The position numbers and the translations under genes were made by a program. Shown piece after piece: positions 1-10,368 of a stretch of DNA of 64,000 nt; within the stretch, counting starts at the first letter, position 1, and each line of letters starts with the position of its first letter. The stretch is taken from NCBI GenBank assembly GCA_934254585.1, contig CAKQLF010000001.1, forward strand, positions 245,250 to 309,249, given 5' to 3'. Source of the DNA: an uncultured Alphaproteobacteria bacterium (lineage in GTDB: Bacteria; Pseudomonadota; Alphaproteobacteria; RF32; CAG-239). Below the pieces are notes generated by a model. It was given only the letters and a program-made list of their open reading frames with translations. It did no database searches and was not told the origin of the DNA.

Positions 1-150
1 ACAATTACTTTCTATTTATAATACGTTTTTCAGTATAGTTCTAAAAACCTAAAACTTCAACATAAAAAAACATACGCTCTTGACTTGTTTATTATTACCT
101 ACTAAGTATCTATATAGGTATTTTTCTTAAAAATTGAAGAGGAAGCAAGA

Positions 151-735
151 ATGACTGATAAAAAAGAAAAAAAAGCTGTCGATGCGGAAAATGAAAAAGA
201 TGTGAAAACAACTGAAGACAGTTCTGAAAATGTGCAAAACTCAGAAGGTATAGATGAATTGGCGCAACTCAAAGAAGAAAATCAGAAGTTGAAAGATTCT
301 TTTTTGAGGGCGTATGCAGAAGCGGAAAATACTAAAAAACGCTGCCAACAGGAAATTGAAAAAAATTCTAAATTTGCTATTTCTTCATTTGCAAAAGAGT
401 TGTTGGGGGTTGCCGATAATTTACAAAGAGCTTTGAGCGCGGCCGATGAGGAAACAAAAGCTAAATGCGAAGCTTTTATAAAAGGTGTGGAATTGACGCA
501 AAATGAACTGACAAAGGTTTTCGGAAAATTCGGTATTAAAAAAATGGAAAGCTTAAATAAGGTTTTTAACCCGAATTTTGAACGAGTGGTTCAGGAAGTT
601 GAAGATAAGGAAAAGCCTGCAGGAACAATTATTGCCGAATTACAGGCCGGATATACTCTGAATGACAGAATTTTGCGCGAGGCAATGGTGATTGTGACCA
701 AAGGCGGAGCCGCAGCTGAAAAAGAAGATAAATAA
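151..735 (+). CDS. grpE: Nucleotide exchange factor GrpE
   Basis: 194 aa. Acidic N-terminus, then the GrpE coiled-coil and C-terminal beta domain pattern (LRA.AE.EN.KKR...). Hairpin plus T-run terminator follows at about 755-790. Confidence 0.85.
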   Translation: MTDKKEKKAVDAENEKDVKTTEDSSENVQNSEGIDELAQLKEENQKLKDSFLRAYAEAENTKKRCQQEIEKNSKFAISSFAKELLGVADNLQRALSAADEETKAKCEAFIKGVELTQNELTKVFGKFGIKKMESLNKVFNPNFERVVQEVEDKEKPAGTIIAELQAGYTLNDRILREAMVIVTKGGAAAEKEDK

Positions 736-754
736 AAAAAACAGATGTTTAAGA

Positions 755-790
755 AAATCCGTCTGATTAAAATGACGGATTTTTTTATTT
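755..790 (+). terminator. Rho-independent terminator after grpE
   Basis: Stem atccgtc ... gacggat followed by an 8-nt T run. Confidence 0.5.
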
Positions 791-863
791 GACGTTGTAA
801 AATATATGGTATATCTGATAAATTGTTATTTATAACTAAAAAAATGGCGTTATAATTCCGCGT

Positions 864-1991
864 ATGAAAATATTGAACGTTTATATTTTTAGGCAGATTT
901 TTATCGGATTTCTGCTGGTTTGTTTCTCCCTGCTGGCTATGCTATGGCTGACGCAGTCGTTAAGGTTTGTGGAAATGGTGACGCGGCAGGGATTGCCCGT
1001 GTATTTATTTGCTGAAATGACTTCGCTTTTGATGCCTCGTATCTTTAATATTTTATCACCGGTAGCCGCTTTTGTGGCGGTTATGTTTGTGTATAATCGT
1101 TTGATAGCCGATAGAGAACTGGTGGTTATGCAGTCGGCCGGTATAAGTCCGTGGCAAAATGCTAAGGCGGCAATGTTTTTGGGGCTGATATTGGTCGCTT
1201 TTAATGTTTTTGTGATGAATTGGGGGATTCCTTGGGCCGAGTCCAAATTCAGAGATTTGGAATGGCGCGTGAAAAATAATCTGACGCAAATGGTTTTTCG
1301 CGAGGGTGAATTTACTAATCTGAAAAATGGTATAACGGTGTTTATTGATAAGCACGAAGATGATGGTTCTGTAAGCGGCATTTTTGTCAGCGATGAAAGC
1401 AAGCCAAATGTTAAAGTTACGCTTACAGCCGAAAAAGGGCGTTTGATGCAAACTGAAAACGGACCGCGCATTTTGTTTATTAATGGTGTAAGGCAAGAGA
1501 TAAATACAAAAGATTATAAATTCAGCACGCTTTCTTTTTCGCGCTATTCGGCAGAATTTAATAATATGGAAAGTAAAAAGAAAAAAGAACAAACGGTGCG
1601 GGAAAAATCTATATTTGAATTATTAAATTCCGGACGCGACCCGTCGTTAGACAGCCATTTAGCGCGTAAGAATATTGTCGAGGGCAATAGACGTATTTTA
1701 TATCCTTTGTTTAATTTGGTTTTTGCTTTAATGGCCTGTGTCGGCTTGCTTGTCGGCACTTTTAATCGTCGCGGTCAGGGTAAAATTATCAGCATAGAAG
1801 TTTTGTGTATGATTATAGTTTTGGGCAGTGATTTGGCTTTAACTAATTTAGCGGGAAGATCGTTGTTTTTCCTGCCGGTGTTGTATATGAATTGTTTGGT
1901 GCCGCTGTTAGTTTGTTTTTATTTATTGCTGTTTTATAATCCGTTTTATTTCCGCCGTTTAAGGACAAAGGAGCGTGTTGATGAAAATTAG
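864..1991 (+). CDS. LPS export ABC permease, LptF/LptG (YjgP/YjgQ) family
   Basis: 375 aa with N-terminal TM helices, a large periplasmic loop and C-terminal TMs. Overlaps the start of the downstream lptD. Antisense ORFs inside it are spurious. Confidence 0.7.
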   Translation: MKILNVYIFRQIFIGFLLVCFSLLAMLWLTQSLRFVEMVTRQGLPVYLFAEMTSLLMPRIFNILSPVAAFVAVMFVYNRLIADRELVVMQSAGISPWQNAKAAMFLGLILVAFNVFVMNWGIPWAESKFRDLEWRVKNNLTQMVFREGEFTNLKNGITVFIDKHEDDGSVSGIFVSDESKPNVKVTLTAEKGRLMQTENGPRILFINGVRQEINTKDYKFSTLSFSRYSAEFNNMESKKKKEQTVREKSIFELLNSGRDPSLDSHLARKNIVEGNRRILYPLFNLVFALMACVGLLVGTFNRRGQGKIISIEVLCMIIVLGSDLALTNLAGRSLFFLPVLYMNCLVPLLVCFYLLLFYNPFYFRRLRTKERVDEN

Positions 1992-4257
1992 TCGTTTGCT
2001 GAAAGGAAGTATATTGATGGCGGCTCTATCATTTGCCGCCAATTCAGCGCAAGCAGTCAGCGAGGCCGGAGAAATTCAACGCAAGGAACAAACATCGCCA
2101 CATGCGGCTATGAATGTGTCGCACAATATTACCAATATCGAGTTTGCCGAAGACAGCAATATTAAGGGAGATGGTGCAATCAATTTTAGCGCGGACGAGT
2201 TGGTTAATGATGAAAACACCGGTTTGATTACGGCTAAAGGCGAAGTTGAGATTAATTATAACAAAATGCGTTTGAAAACCGATAAATTGGTATATGATCA
2301 AAATAATGACCTTGTTAAGGCAATCGGTAATGTCAGACTTTATACTGCAGATGGTTCGGTCGTGTATAGCGATAATGTTTCTTTATCCGAACAAATGACT
2401 GTTGGCGAAATGCACCACATAAAAGTGCTGTTGAAAGATGAGTCAAAGGTTTTTGCCGAAAGTTTTCGGAAGAAAAATAATCAGAAAAAGCAATTAACTT
2501 ACGCTACTTATACACCTTGTGATATGTGTGATACTCAATCTCCGTTGTGGTCTATCAGTGCCAGAAAAGTCCAACACGATGAAAAAAGTCAGAATGTGCA
2601 TTATAATGATGCGGTGGTGAAGATAAAAGATGTCCCGATTTTTTATACGCCGTTTTTTTCGCATCCGGATCCGAGTGTAAAACGCCGTTCCGGTTTGCTT
2701 GCGCCGACGATGGGAAGTTCAAACTATTTGGGCGCGATGTTTCAACCTCGTTATTTTTGGGCGGTTGATAATCAGACAAATGTTCTTATTTCTCCGATTT
2801 TTTCGTCGGATAAAGGAGTTATTTGGGACGGACAGTATCAAAAATATTTTTACAGCGCAAACACAAATATTTCGGGAAGTTATCTAAAAGATAATGAAGA
2901 AAATCGTCAGCAGAATCGTGGAAATTTGTTTGCTTCAGGGCGTTACGACATTAATGATAAATGGCGTATGAAATATGATTTGAAGTATGTGACCGACTAC
3001 ATCTATCTTAAAGAACTCAGTTTGCCGTATCAAGACGATGCGTGGCTTACGTCCAATTTGTCTTTTGAGCGTTTTAGCGGGCGTGATTACGCTTCGGTCG
3101 AGGCTTATTATTACAAAATTTTGAGTTATAATCTCAGAATGAGCAATGAAAGTCAATTTAGAGAAATTAACGGCCGCAAACCTTTGGTGGCACCATTGAT
3201 AGACGTGGAAACATATTCTGATCCGAGTTCTATCGGTTCATATTTCAAAAACGAGTTTAACAGCGCGTCTATTTATCACCAAAACGGAAGACAAACCCAA
3301 CGCCTGACATCTATCAACGCTTGGGAGCTGCCATTTACTTCTTCTTTTGGTGAAAAGTATCGTTTTGTGGCCTCATTAAAATCAGATGCTTATTATATTA
3401 ATAAGTATAATTATTTGCCGAATAAGCAATATACCGGTACAACAACGCGCTTTTTCCCGCAAACCGGTATTGAATGGCGTTTGCCGTTTGTAAGAGCAAA
3501 TGAAACTTCGCGGCAAATTATTGAACCGGTGGTGGTTGGCGTTTTGGCTCCGAACGGCGGTAATAAAATTGATAAAATTCCTAATGAAGATAGTGAAGAT
3601 GTGTATTTTGACGACACTAATGTGTTGGATTTAGACAGATATGCCGGTTATGACCGAAATGACACCGGTAGTCGTATCAGTTATGGATTACGCTGGAGCT
3701 CGTATGGAGATATTATCGGACGTACATCGGCGTTTTTGGCTCAAAGCTATGAAAAAAACCGTGATTCCAGTTTTGCCGAAAGTTTGGATAGCACGAAAAG
3801 TTCAAATTTCAGTGATTATGTGGGACGAATTAATGCCGAACCTAATGATTATTTGTCGCTGAACTATCGTTTTCGTCTGGATAGAAAATCGTTAGATGCT
3901 AAATATAGTGAATTGGGAGCCGGTGTCGGTCCGTCTTTTCTACGGGCTTACGCATCTTATATCTTTTTACAAGGAAATACCTATTACAATAAGTTGTATT
4001 CGGAACGAAAAGAATTATATACTTCTTTGAGCTCGGATTTTTCGCAGTATTGGTCGGTGAGTATTTATAATCTGCAAGACTTGACGCAAAATAGCCGCGG
4101 TTCGTTGGAACATGGTGGAAATCTGATTTATGAAGATGAATGTCTTAAATGGGTTACTAATGTTAAAAAGTATAACAGCAGCAATCCGGATTTGAAAAAT
4201 AGTTATGAATTTGGTATTACCTTTTATCTGAAAACAATCGGTAGTTTCGGTTCGTAA
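1981..4257 (+). CDS. lptD: LPS-assembly outer membrane protein LptD (OstA)
   Basis: About 758 aa with a signal peptide (LMAALSFAANSAQA). N-terminal OstA-like region, then a long beta-barrel region ending in an aromatic residue. ATG at 1981 is preceded by aaaggag; the ORF track began at GTG 1975. Confidence 0.75.
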   Translation: MKISRLLKGSILMAALSFAANSAQAVSEAGEIQRKEQTSPHAAMNVSHNITNIEFAEDSNIKGDGAINFSADELVNDENTGLITAKGEVEINYNKMRLKTDKLVYDQNNDLVKAIGNVRLYTADGSVVYSDNVSLSEQMTVGEMHHIKVLLKDESKVFAESFRKKNNQKKQLTYATYTPCDMCDTQSPLWSISARKVQHDEKSQNVHYNDAVVKIKDVPIFYTPFFSHPDPSVKRRSGLLAPTMGSSNYLGAMFQPRYFWAVDNQTNVLISPIFSSDKGVIWDGQYQKYFYSANTNISGSYLKDNEENRQQNRGNLFASGRYDINDKWRMKYDLKYVTDYIYLKELSLPYQDDAWLTSNLSFERFSGRDYASVEAYYYKILSYNLRMSNESQFREINGRKPLVAPLIDVETYSDPSSIGSYFKNEFNSASIYHQNGRQTQRLTSINAWELPFTSSFGEKYRFVASLKSDAYYINKYNYLPNKQYTGTTTRFFPQTGIEWRLPFVRANETSRQIIEPVVVGVLAPNGGNKIDKIPNEDSEDVYFDDTNVLDLDRYAGYDRNDTGSRISYGLRWSSYGDIIGRTSAFLAQSYEKNRDSSFAESLDSTKSSNFSDYVGRINAEPNDYLSLNYRFRLDRKSLDAKYSELGAGVGPSFLRAYASYIFLQGNTYYNKLYSERKELYTSLSSDFSQYWSVSIYNLQDLTQNSRGSLEHGGNLIYEDECLKWVTNVKKYNSSNPDLKNSYEFGITFYLKTIGSFGS

Positions 4258-4268
4258 GGGAGGATTAA

Positions 4269-5468
4269 ATGAAAAAATTTTTTTTGGCAGCGGGAGTGGC
4301 TTGGTTCGGGTTTATACCCGCTTGGGCGGAAAATGTTGATTTGCAGGAATTAGACAGTCAAGCGCGGATGGAACGCCCTAATACTAATTCTATTATGTTT
4401 CGCCGCAACGCCGAACAATATCGTCAGCTTAGCGAGGCCGAAAAAAAGGAAATTGAGGCTCGGCGTGAAGAAGACCGAAAAATGCGCTTGCAGCAAGAAG
4501 AATATGCTCGCCGTTTGGCAGAAGAAGAAATGCGTCGCCGCCAAATGGAAGAGGCGCAAAAGGAAGCTGAACGCCGTCGCGCCGAGGCTTTAAAGCCAAT
4601 TACTCTCTATGAAAATAAGTTGAAAATATATGCGTTGGTAAATGGTGAAGTTATTACCAGTAGCGATATGCAAAGCCGAATTAATGCTTTTATTTTGACC
4701 ACGGGTATTCCTTATAATCCGCAAACAAAAGCGATGATTATCGGTAAGGTTTTGCAGTCGGCCATTGATGAAAAATTAAAAATTCAAGAGGCGGAAAAAA
4801 ATAAAATAAAAGTCACAAAAAAAGAAATAAACAATGCGTTGCGCCAGTTTGAGAAAAATAATAATATGCCGGCCGGACAACTGCAAAAAATTTTGAATGA
4901 GGCTAAAGTAAGTCTTAAGGTCTGGAGTATGCAAATAGAAGCAGATTTGGCGTGGCATAAGCTTATTTCGCAAAAAGGATATAATGAGGTTAATATCAGT
5001 GAAAATGATATTAATAAAGCTATTGCCGAAATCAAAAAGGATCAGAAAAAAGAAAAATTTATGGTTTCGGAAATTGTGATTGATAAAAAAGATGCAAAAG
5101 ATTTAAATCAGTTGGTGGAAAACCTGCGGAATGACCAGCGTTTTGAATTGTATGCAATGCAGTTTTCTCAAAGTCCGAGTGCGGCTAACGGCGGCCATTT
5201 AGGGTGGGTTGGTAAAGGTAAACTGCCGACGGTTTTGGAAAATGCGGTTTTAAATATGAAAGACGGAGATGTTTCTGACCCGATTGCCTATGGTAAGGAT
5301 TTTTATATTTTGAAATTGGAAAAGATTTTTAATCCGGCAATTGATAAAGCGGAAACGCCATCACGAAAAGAAGTTAAAAACTTTTTAGAAAATAAAAAGT
5401 TGGAAGAATATTCTAACCGCTATATTAAGAATTTGCGTAGTCGCGCGTTGATAGAGAAAAAAGTATGA
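4269..5468 (+). CDS. surA: SurA-like periplasmic chaperone / parvulin-type peptidyl-prolyl isomerase
   Basis: Signal peptide, charged coiled region, and a C-terminal parvulin (PpiC) motif (GGHLGWVGKGKLP...). Conserved position between lptD and rsmA. Confidence 0.55.
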   Translation: MKKFFLAAGVAWFGFIPAWAENVDLQELDSQARMERPNTNSIMFRRNAEQYRQLSEAEKKEIEARREEDRKMRLQQEEYARRLAEEEMRRRQMEEAQKEAERRRAEALKPITLYENKLKIYALVNGEVITSSDMQSRINAFILTTGIPYNPQTKAMIIGKVLQSAIDEKLKIQEAEKNKIKVTKKEINNALRQFEKNNNMPAGQLQKILNEAKVSLKVWSMQIEADLAWHKLISQKGYNEVNISENDINKAIAEIKKDQKKEKFMVSEIVIDKKDAKDLNQLVENLRNDQRFELYAMQFSQSPSAANGGHLGWVGKGKLPTVLENAVLNMKDGDVSDPIAYGKDFYILKLEKIFNPAIDKAETPSRKEVKNFLENKKLEEYSNRYIKNLRSRALIEKKV

Positions 5469-6328
5469 CGACGGAATTGCTTTCATTACGCGAAACGGTG
5501 GAACAGCACGGCTTAATGGCTAAAAAGGCTTTAGGGCAGAATTTTTTGTTGGACCAAAACATTACCGATAAAATTATTCGCTCTTCTCTGACAGGCCGCG
5601 GGGTTGCCGATTTTTCCGGCGAAGATGTTTATGAAATCGGCCCGGGGCCGGGGGGATTGACCAGAGCAGTTTTGAAGGCGAATCCGCATAAACTTACGGT
5701 GATTGAAATGGATGAGCGTTGCATCGAGATTATGCGGGAATTGCAAAATTTTTATAGCGGCATTTTGGATATTGTCAACGGCGATGCTATGAAATTTGAC
5801 TTTGGGCAAAAAACGGTTTGTCCTAAAAGTGTGGTTAGCAATTTGCCATATCATATATCAGTACCACTTTTAATCGGCTTGCTGAAAAAAATGGCGGAAT
5901 TTAAAAGCTTGACTTTGATGTTTCAAAAAGAAGTTGCCGAGCGAATTTTGGCTGAACCAAACTGCAAAAATTACGGCAGAATATCTGTTTTGGCTCAATT
6001 GATTTGCAAGGTTAAACTTTTGTTTAATCTTAATCCGAATTGTTTTGTGCCGGCACCAAAAATTTGGTCGTCTGTTTTGTTGTTTACTCCTCAAGAAAAT
6101 TTGCCAACATCTGAAGAAATTTTTTGTTTGGAAAAAATAACCGAGGCTGCATTCGGACAAAGGCGGAAAATGATTCGCCAAAGTCTGAAAAATCTACCGG
6201 ATTTGGAAAATGCGTGCAAAGAGGCGGGCATTGCTTTGACGGATAGAGCAGAAAATATTTTACCGGAACAATATTTACTTTTAGCTCGCTACATCATACA
6301 GAAAAATAGCATTTTATCAAAATGTTAA
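5465..6328 (+). CDS. rsmA: 16S rRNA (adenine1518/1519-N6)-dimethyltransferase RsmA/KsgA
   Basis: GQNFL...D motif, SAM-binding EIGPGPGGLT and NLPY motif. 4-nt overlap with surA. Confidence 0.85.
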   Translation: MTTELLSLRETVEQHGLMAKKALGQNFLLDQNITDKIIRSSLTGRGVADFSGEDVYEIGPGPGGLTRAVLKANPHKLTVIEMDERCIEIMRELQNFYSGILDIVNGDAMKFDFGQKTVCPKSVVSNLPYHISVPLLIGLLKKMAEFKSLTLMFQKEVAERILAEPNCKNYGRISVLAQLICKVKLLFNLNPNCFVPAPKIWSSVLLFTPQENLPTSEEIFCLEKITEAAFGQRRKMIRQSLKNLPDLENACKEAGIALTDRAENILPEQYLLLARYIIQKNSILSKC

Positions 6329-6378
6329 TATTTTTCATCTAGTTTGAAAAAAATACTATTTTACTGCGGGAAAAACAA

Positions 6379-8292
6379 ATGCATAGCGTTCATACACTGA
6401 TTCTGGATTTGACTTTAATTACAATTTATGCGGCCATTGTTACTCTTTTGTTCAAAAAGCTGAAGCAACCGACAGTTTTAGGATATATTTTAGCCGGTAT
6501 TTTGGCCGGTCCGTATTTTGACTTTTTGCCAACTGTTAAAGATAGTGAGAATCTGGTGTTGTGGGCGGATATCGGAGTTATTTTTCTGTTGTTCGGTTTG
6601 GGGTTGGAATTTAGTTTCAAAAAGATGCTTAATGTAGGAAAAGCGGCAATGATTACCGCCAACGCCAATATATTATTTATGCTGTTTTTGGGCTATAATA
6701 CGGGGCTGCTCTTAGGTTGGAGCACAATGGACAGTTTCTTTTTAGGCAGTATGATTTCAATGTCATCAACCACGATTATTATTAAAGCTTTTGATGATTT
6801 GAATATTAAAAAGCAGCGATTTACGGATTTGGTTTTCGGCGTTTTGGTGGTCGAAGATTTGGTGGGAATCTTGTTGTTGGTGTTGCTGCCTACCATCGCG
6901 CTGGGTTCAACCATAGACGGACAAGCTTTGTTGCTGAGTACCGGAAAATTAATTCTGTTTTTGGTTTTGTGCTTTGTGACCGGTATTTATCTGGTTCCGA
7001 CATTTTTGAAAAAAATAGAAAGATTTTTGAATGATGAACAATTGTTGTTAGTTATGATTGCTTTGTGTTTTGGTATGGTTTGGTTGGCAAATTATTCCGG
7101 ATTTTCATCGGCCTTAGGTGCTTTTATTATGGGGTCTATTTTGGCAGAAACGCCATTGGTGGAACGAATTGAAAAAACATTAAAGCCTTTGAAAGACTTT
7201 TTTGGCGCGGTATTTTTTGTTTCTGTCGGTATGATGGTTAATCCGGCGATGTTTTTGGAATATGCTTTGCCGATAGTTGTGATAACTTTTATTGTGATGG
7301 CGGGGAAAATTGCATTTTCCTGCTTTGGATTTATTGTATCGGGACAACCGTTAAAAACCGCGGTATTAGGCGCGTTTTCGTTGGCGCAGGTCGGTGAATT
7401 TGCTTTTATTATCGCCAGTTTGGGTATGAGTCTGGGGGTTTTGCATAATCAGGTCTATCCGATTATTGTGGCAGTTTCGGTGATTACAACATTTTTCACG
7501 CCTATGATGATAAAATTTGCCGAACCGATGTTTATGATGATTAAGAGATATCTACCAGAAAAATGGCAGACATTTTTGGCTCAGCACACGACCGGACAAA
7601 AGGAAACAAAAAGCGAAGAACGTTTGTGGAATATGTTGTTTAAAAATTATCTGTCGCGGCTGATTTTATTTATAATCATAAATTTTGCGGTTATAGGACT
7701 ATCCAATTACATTATTGTGCCGTTTATACATCGTTATTTGCCGAATATGGCGGCGCGTGCGGTTGTAACTTTGGTAACATTATTATTAATGTCGCCGTTT
7801 TTGAAAGCCTTGATCGGTTGGGAAACAATATTACCGGTGGTTTTTGCGGAAAAAATACGTCCTTTATTTACATTTTTCCAAAAATATTTGCATATAAAAT
7901 TGAGTGATAACAAAATGGTGCAAAAATTTAAGGATACTCTGAACACCTGTGAAAACTCGGAAAATATTAAAAACTTGTTTGTTTCCAACAATCAGGTGGC
8001 CGCGGTTTATTATAAATTGTGGAAAGCTAAAAAAGCCAATCGTTTGCCTTTGTTGTTTTTGACCAGCTTCCGAATGTTGATTGTCTGCTTTTTTATTATG
8101 ACTGTTGTGCATCAGTTTTTAACCGAAAATACCAAAGTTATTTTGGGGTTGGTGATAATTTCTTTGGTGATGCTGACACAGTCGCGTTGGCTGTTTGAGC
8201 AATATATGAAAATTGAAAAACAATTTTTAGAAAATCTGAACGGAGCGGAAAAGAAAAATGTTTCCGACGAGGCTGAGGCTAAAAAAGAATAG
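6379..8292 (+). CDS. Cation:proton antiporter (CPA/Kef-NhaP type) with extra C-terminal membrane domain
   Basis: 637 aa polytopic protein. The N-terminus LGYILAGILAGPYF is typical of Na+/H+ exchanger family proteins. Confidence 0.6.
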   Translation: MHSVHTLILDLTLITIYAAIVTLLFKKLKQPTVLGYILAGILAGPYFDFLPTVKDSENLVLWADIGVIFLLFGLGLEFSFKKMLNVGKAAMITANANILFMLFLGYNTGLLLGWSTMDSFFLGSMISMSSTTIIIKAFDDLNIKKQRFTDLVFGVLVVEDLVGILLLVLLPTIALGSTIDGQALLLSTGKLILFLVLCFVTGIYLVPTFLKKIERFLNDEQLLLVMIALCFGMVWLANYSGFSSALGAFIMGSILAETPLVERIEKTLKPLKDFFGAVFFVSVGMMVNPAMFLEYALPIVVITFIVMAGKIAFSCFGFIVSGQPLKTAVLGAFSLAQVGEFAFIIASLGMSLGVLHNQVYPIIVAVSVITTFFTPMMIKFAEPMFMMIKRYLPEKWQTFLAQHTTGQKETKSEERLWNMLFKNYLSRLILFIIINFAVIGLSNYIIVPFIHRYLPNMAARAVVTLVTLLLMSPFLKALIGWETILPVVFAEKIRPLFTFFQKYLHIKLSDNKMVQKFKDTLNTCENSENIKNLFVSNNQVAAVYYKLWKAKKANRLPLLFLTSFRMLIVCFFIMTVVHQFLTENTKVILGLVIISLVMLTQSRWLFEQYMKIEKQFLENLNGAEKKNVSDEAEAKKE

Positions 8293-8331
8293 TCGTTTTT
8301 TGTGAAATCAGCCATAAAAACAAAGATAAGT

Positions 8332-10014
8332 TTATTTAGGAAGTTTTTGCCAATCAACTACATAAAGATAGGAGTTTGGGTAGTTCTTTTTAATCAGCCA
8401 TTCAGGATAATTTCCGCATTTCATAATCTGGCCATACAGTTTGTCACAATTCTTTTCCGGTTCTTTGTAGTAGTCGGAATCCATATTTTGCGGAATATAA
8501 ATACTACCGACTTTATGCTTGCGGATTAATTTTATAACTTTGTTCATATCAGAGGAGAAGAGAATTTGGTGGTTATCTAAAATTCCTTCGACATTGCGGT
8601 GATAAGGCGAGGCAATAACCGGCTTTTCGGTGTACCATATAACGTACGGAGCAATAAACACATCAGTGACCACGGCTCCCGATGGTAACAGGTTGGAATC
8701 CAAATTAATCTGTGTCGGAGTTTGCGGTTTAATATCTTCTATTTTGTTGGAAATTAAGGTATTTAGGGCAAAGGAGATAAAATCAATATTGTATAGAAGA
8801 AAAATTGCCACCAGAAAACTCAGATTTTTCCATTTGGTTTGATTCAGTTTTAAGGCCATAAGAAAAGCCGAAAACAATGCCGCTGAGGCTAAAAAACGCA
8901 TAGCATAAATCTGCAGGCAGGTATATAGCGCGAGATTCACTGTTAAATAAATTGTGAACAAAACCGATTGTTTTGAGAGCAGTTTCGCGGCGCAAATCAG
9001 GCCAATTAAGGGATAGGCAAGATAGTATATGTTGCCGCCGCTGTTGAGTTCGCTTATGCGTGAAGTAAAGGCTGTTTGCAGTGTTTTATCAAGCGGCGAT
9101 GACAATAAGCCGCCAAAGTAGGTCAGGGCAATGAGTAAAATTGCCGACAAAATCAGCAGGGTAGTTTGTTTTAATTTGCTTTTTAGAAAGTTTGATAAAT
9201 AAAAACTCAGGTTAACCCAAACGGCAATTAAAACATATAACAAAGAAAGTCGGCCGTTGTCGAAATATAAATATCCTTGATATGGAGGGTTGATTAAATA
9301 ATATATGGACGTAAAACAGACGTAGTAACCGGTGATTTTGACAATTGAGGACAGTTTGTTCTTTTGTAATAAATAACCAAGATAAAAAGAGCCTAAAATT
9401 CCAAGATATAAAAATATTCCCTCAGCTGAAACCCAAAGTGATGTGGCCGCGAACATTGCCGTAAATAAAAGGTGTTTTTCGCGCTTGTTTTCACTGAAAC
9501 ATCTGATTTGCCAAATAGTACCGGCCATCAGAAAAATTAAAAGCGAATGATGGTCCGGTCTATCAGCCAAAAAACTTTGCATAAAATGAATCTGGGCAAA
9601 TAAAATGACAAAAAATGCTATTCGCGAGCGAAAATTTAATAAATTTTTCACACCGAGCCAACAAACCAAAAACGTGGTAATCAATAAAAAAGGATTAAAT
9701 AACAATCCACCCGCAAAAGCCGCCTCTTTAAGTGGATAAAACGGCAAAAACGGCAGTATTAACAAGCTCATTAAAATATCCGGAAGCTTGGTCCAGTGGC
9801 TAATTTCACCAAACGGGTAGTTCGACCACATAAAACGATGTTCAAAAATACTGGGATTCTGCATAAAGTCGATTGTTCGTAAAACGTGAAAATAGTTGTC
9901 GGTATCAATGTAGGTTCCATTGTTGGTCAGAATTTGCTGTGCTGACCAATAGACAATTATAAAAATGTAGACAAGCGGTTCTAACCAATCGTAAAGATGA
10001 AACTTTTTAATCAT
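8332..10014 (-). CDS. Polytopic membrane protein, putative GT-C-fold glycosyltransferase (PMT/ArnT-like)
   Basis: 560 aa with more than 10 TM helices. DxD (YIDTDNY) in the first predicted extracytoplasmic loop and a C-terminal soluble domain. Start overlaps the stop of the upstream ArsR gene. Confidence 0.35.
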   Translation of the reverse strand: MIKKFHLYDWLEPLVYIFIIVYWSAQQILTNNGTYIDTDNYFHVLRTIDFMQNPSIFEHRFMWSNYPFGEISHWTKLPDILMSLLILPFLPFYPLKEAAFAGGLLFNPFLLITTFLVCWLGVKNLLNFRSRIAFFVILFAQIHFMQSFLADRPDHHSLLIFLMAGTIWQIRCFSENKREKHLLFTAMFAATSLWVSAEGIFLYLGILGSFYLGYLLQKNKLSSIVKITGYYVCFTSIYYLINPPYQGYLYFDNGRLSLLYVLIAVWVNLSFYLSNFLKSKLKQTTLLILSAILLIALTYFGGLLSSPLDKTLQTAFTSRISELNSGGNIYYLAYPLIGLICAAKLLSKQSVLFTIYLTVNLALYTCLQIYAMRFLASAALFSAFLMALKLNQTKWKNLSFLVAIFLLYNIDFISFALNTLISNKIEDIKPQTPTQINLDSNLLPSGAVVTDVFIAPYVIWYTEKPVIASPYHRNVEGILDNHQILFSSDMNKVIKLIRKHKVGSIYIPQNMDSDYYKEPEKNCDKLYGQIMKCGNYPEWLIKKNYPNSYLYVVDWQKLPK

Positions 10015-10289
10015 TAACTGAGTTTTCCTATGTTTTTATAGCGTTTATGGATACACTGTAATGACGTTTTGTGCACGCCTTTGGTTATGTTATAATAAAT
10101 AAAACGTCCATTACGGCGTTGAGTTTTAACCAGACCGGCATCACGCAGTTTTTGAAGATTTTGTGAAACAGAGTTTTCACCATAGATGTTAAGAAATTCT
10201 AAAATTCGCAAGCGCAAAGGGTGGGCAATAGAGCTTATTCCTTTTACGGCTTGTTTCATTAGGTCTAATGGCAGCTGTGTTTCTATCAT
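10014..10289 (-). CDS. ArsR/SmtB-family HTH transcriptional regulator
   Basis: 91 aa. HPLRLRILEFL helix-turn-helix signature of the ArsR family. Confidence 0.65.
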   Translation of the reverse strand: MIETQLPLDLMKQAVKGISSIAHPLRLRILEFLNIYGENSVSQNLQKLRDAGLVKTQRRNGRFIYYNITKGVHKTSLQCIHKRYKNIGKLS

Positions 10290-10317
10290 TTTTTCCTCAA
10301 TAAATTTTATTACATAT

Positions 10318-10352
10318 AATCAAAAAACAGCAACTCTGTCAAGAGATGCTGT
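10318..10352 (-). terminator. Hairpin terminator downstream of 10369..11211 gene
   Basis: acagca ... tgctgt stem with flanking T/A runs. Confidence 0.4.
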
Positions 10353-10368
10353 TTTTTGATTGTTAGAC

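Noticed and set aside
881-1759. Minus-strand ORFs (881..1471, 1056..1592, 1544..1759) inside the LptF/G permease gene
   Set aside because: Antisense to a well-supported gene; typical of AT-rich antisense frames lacking stops.
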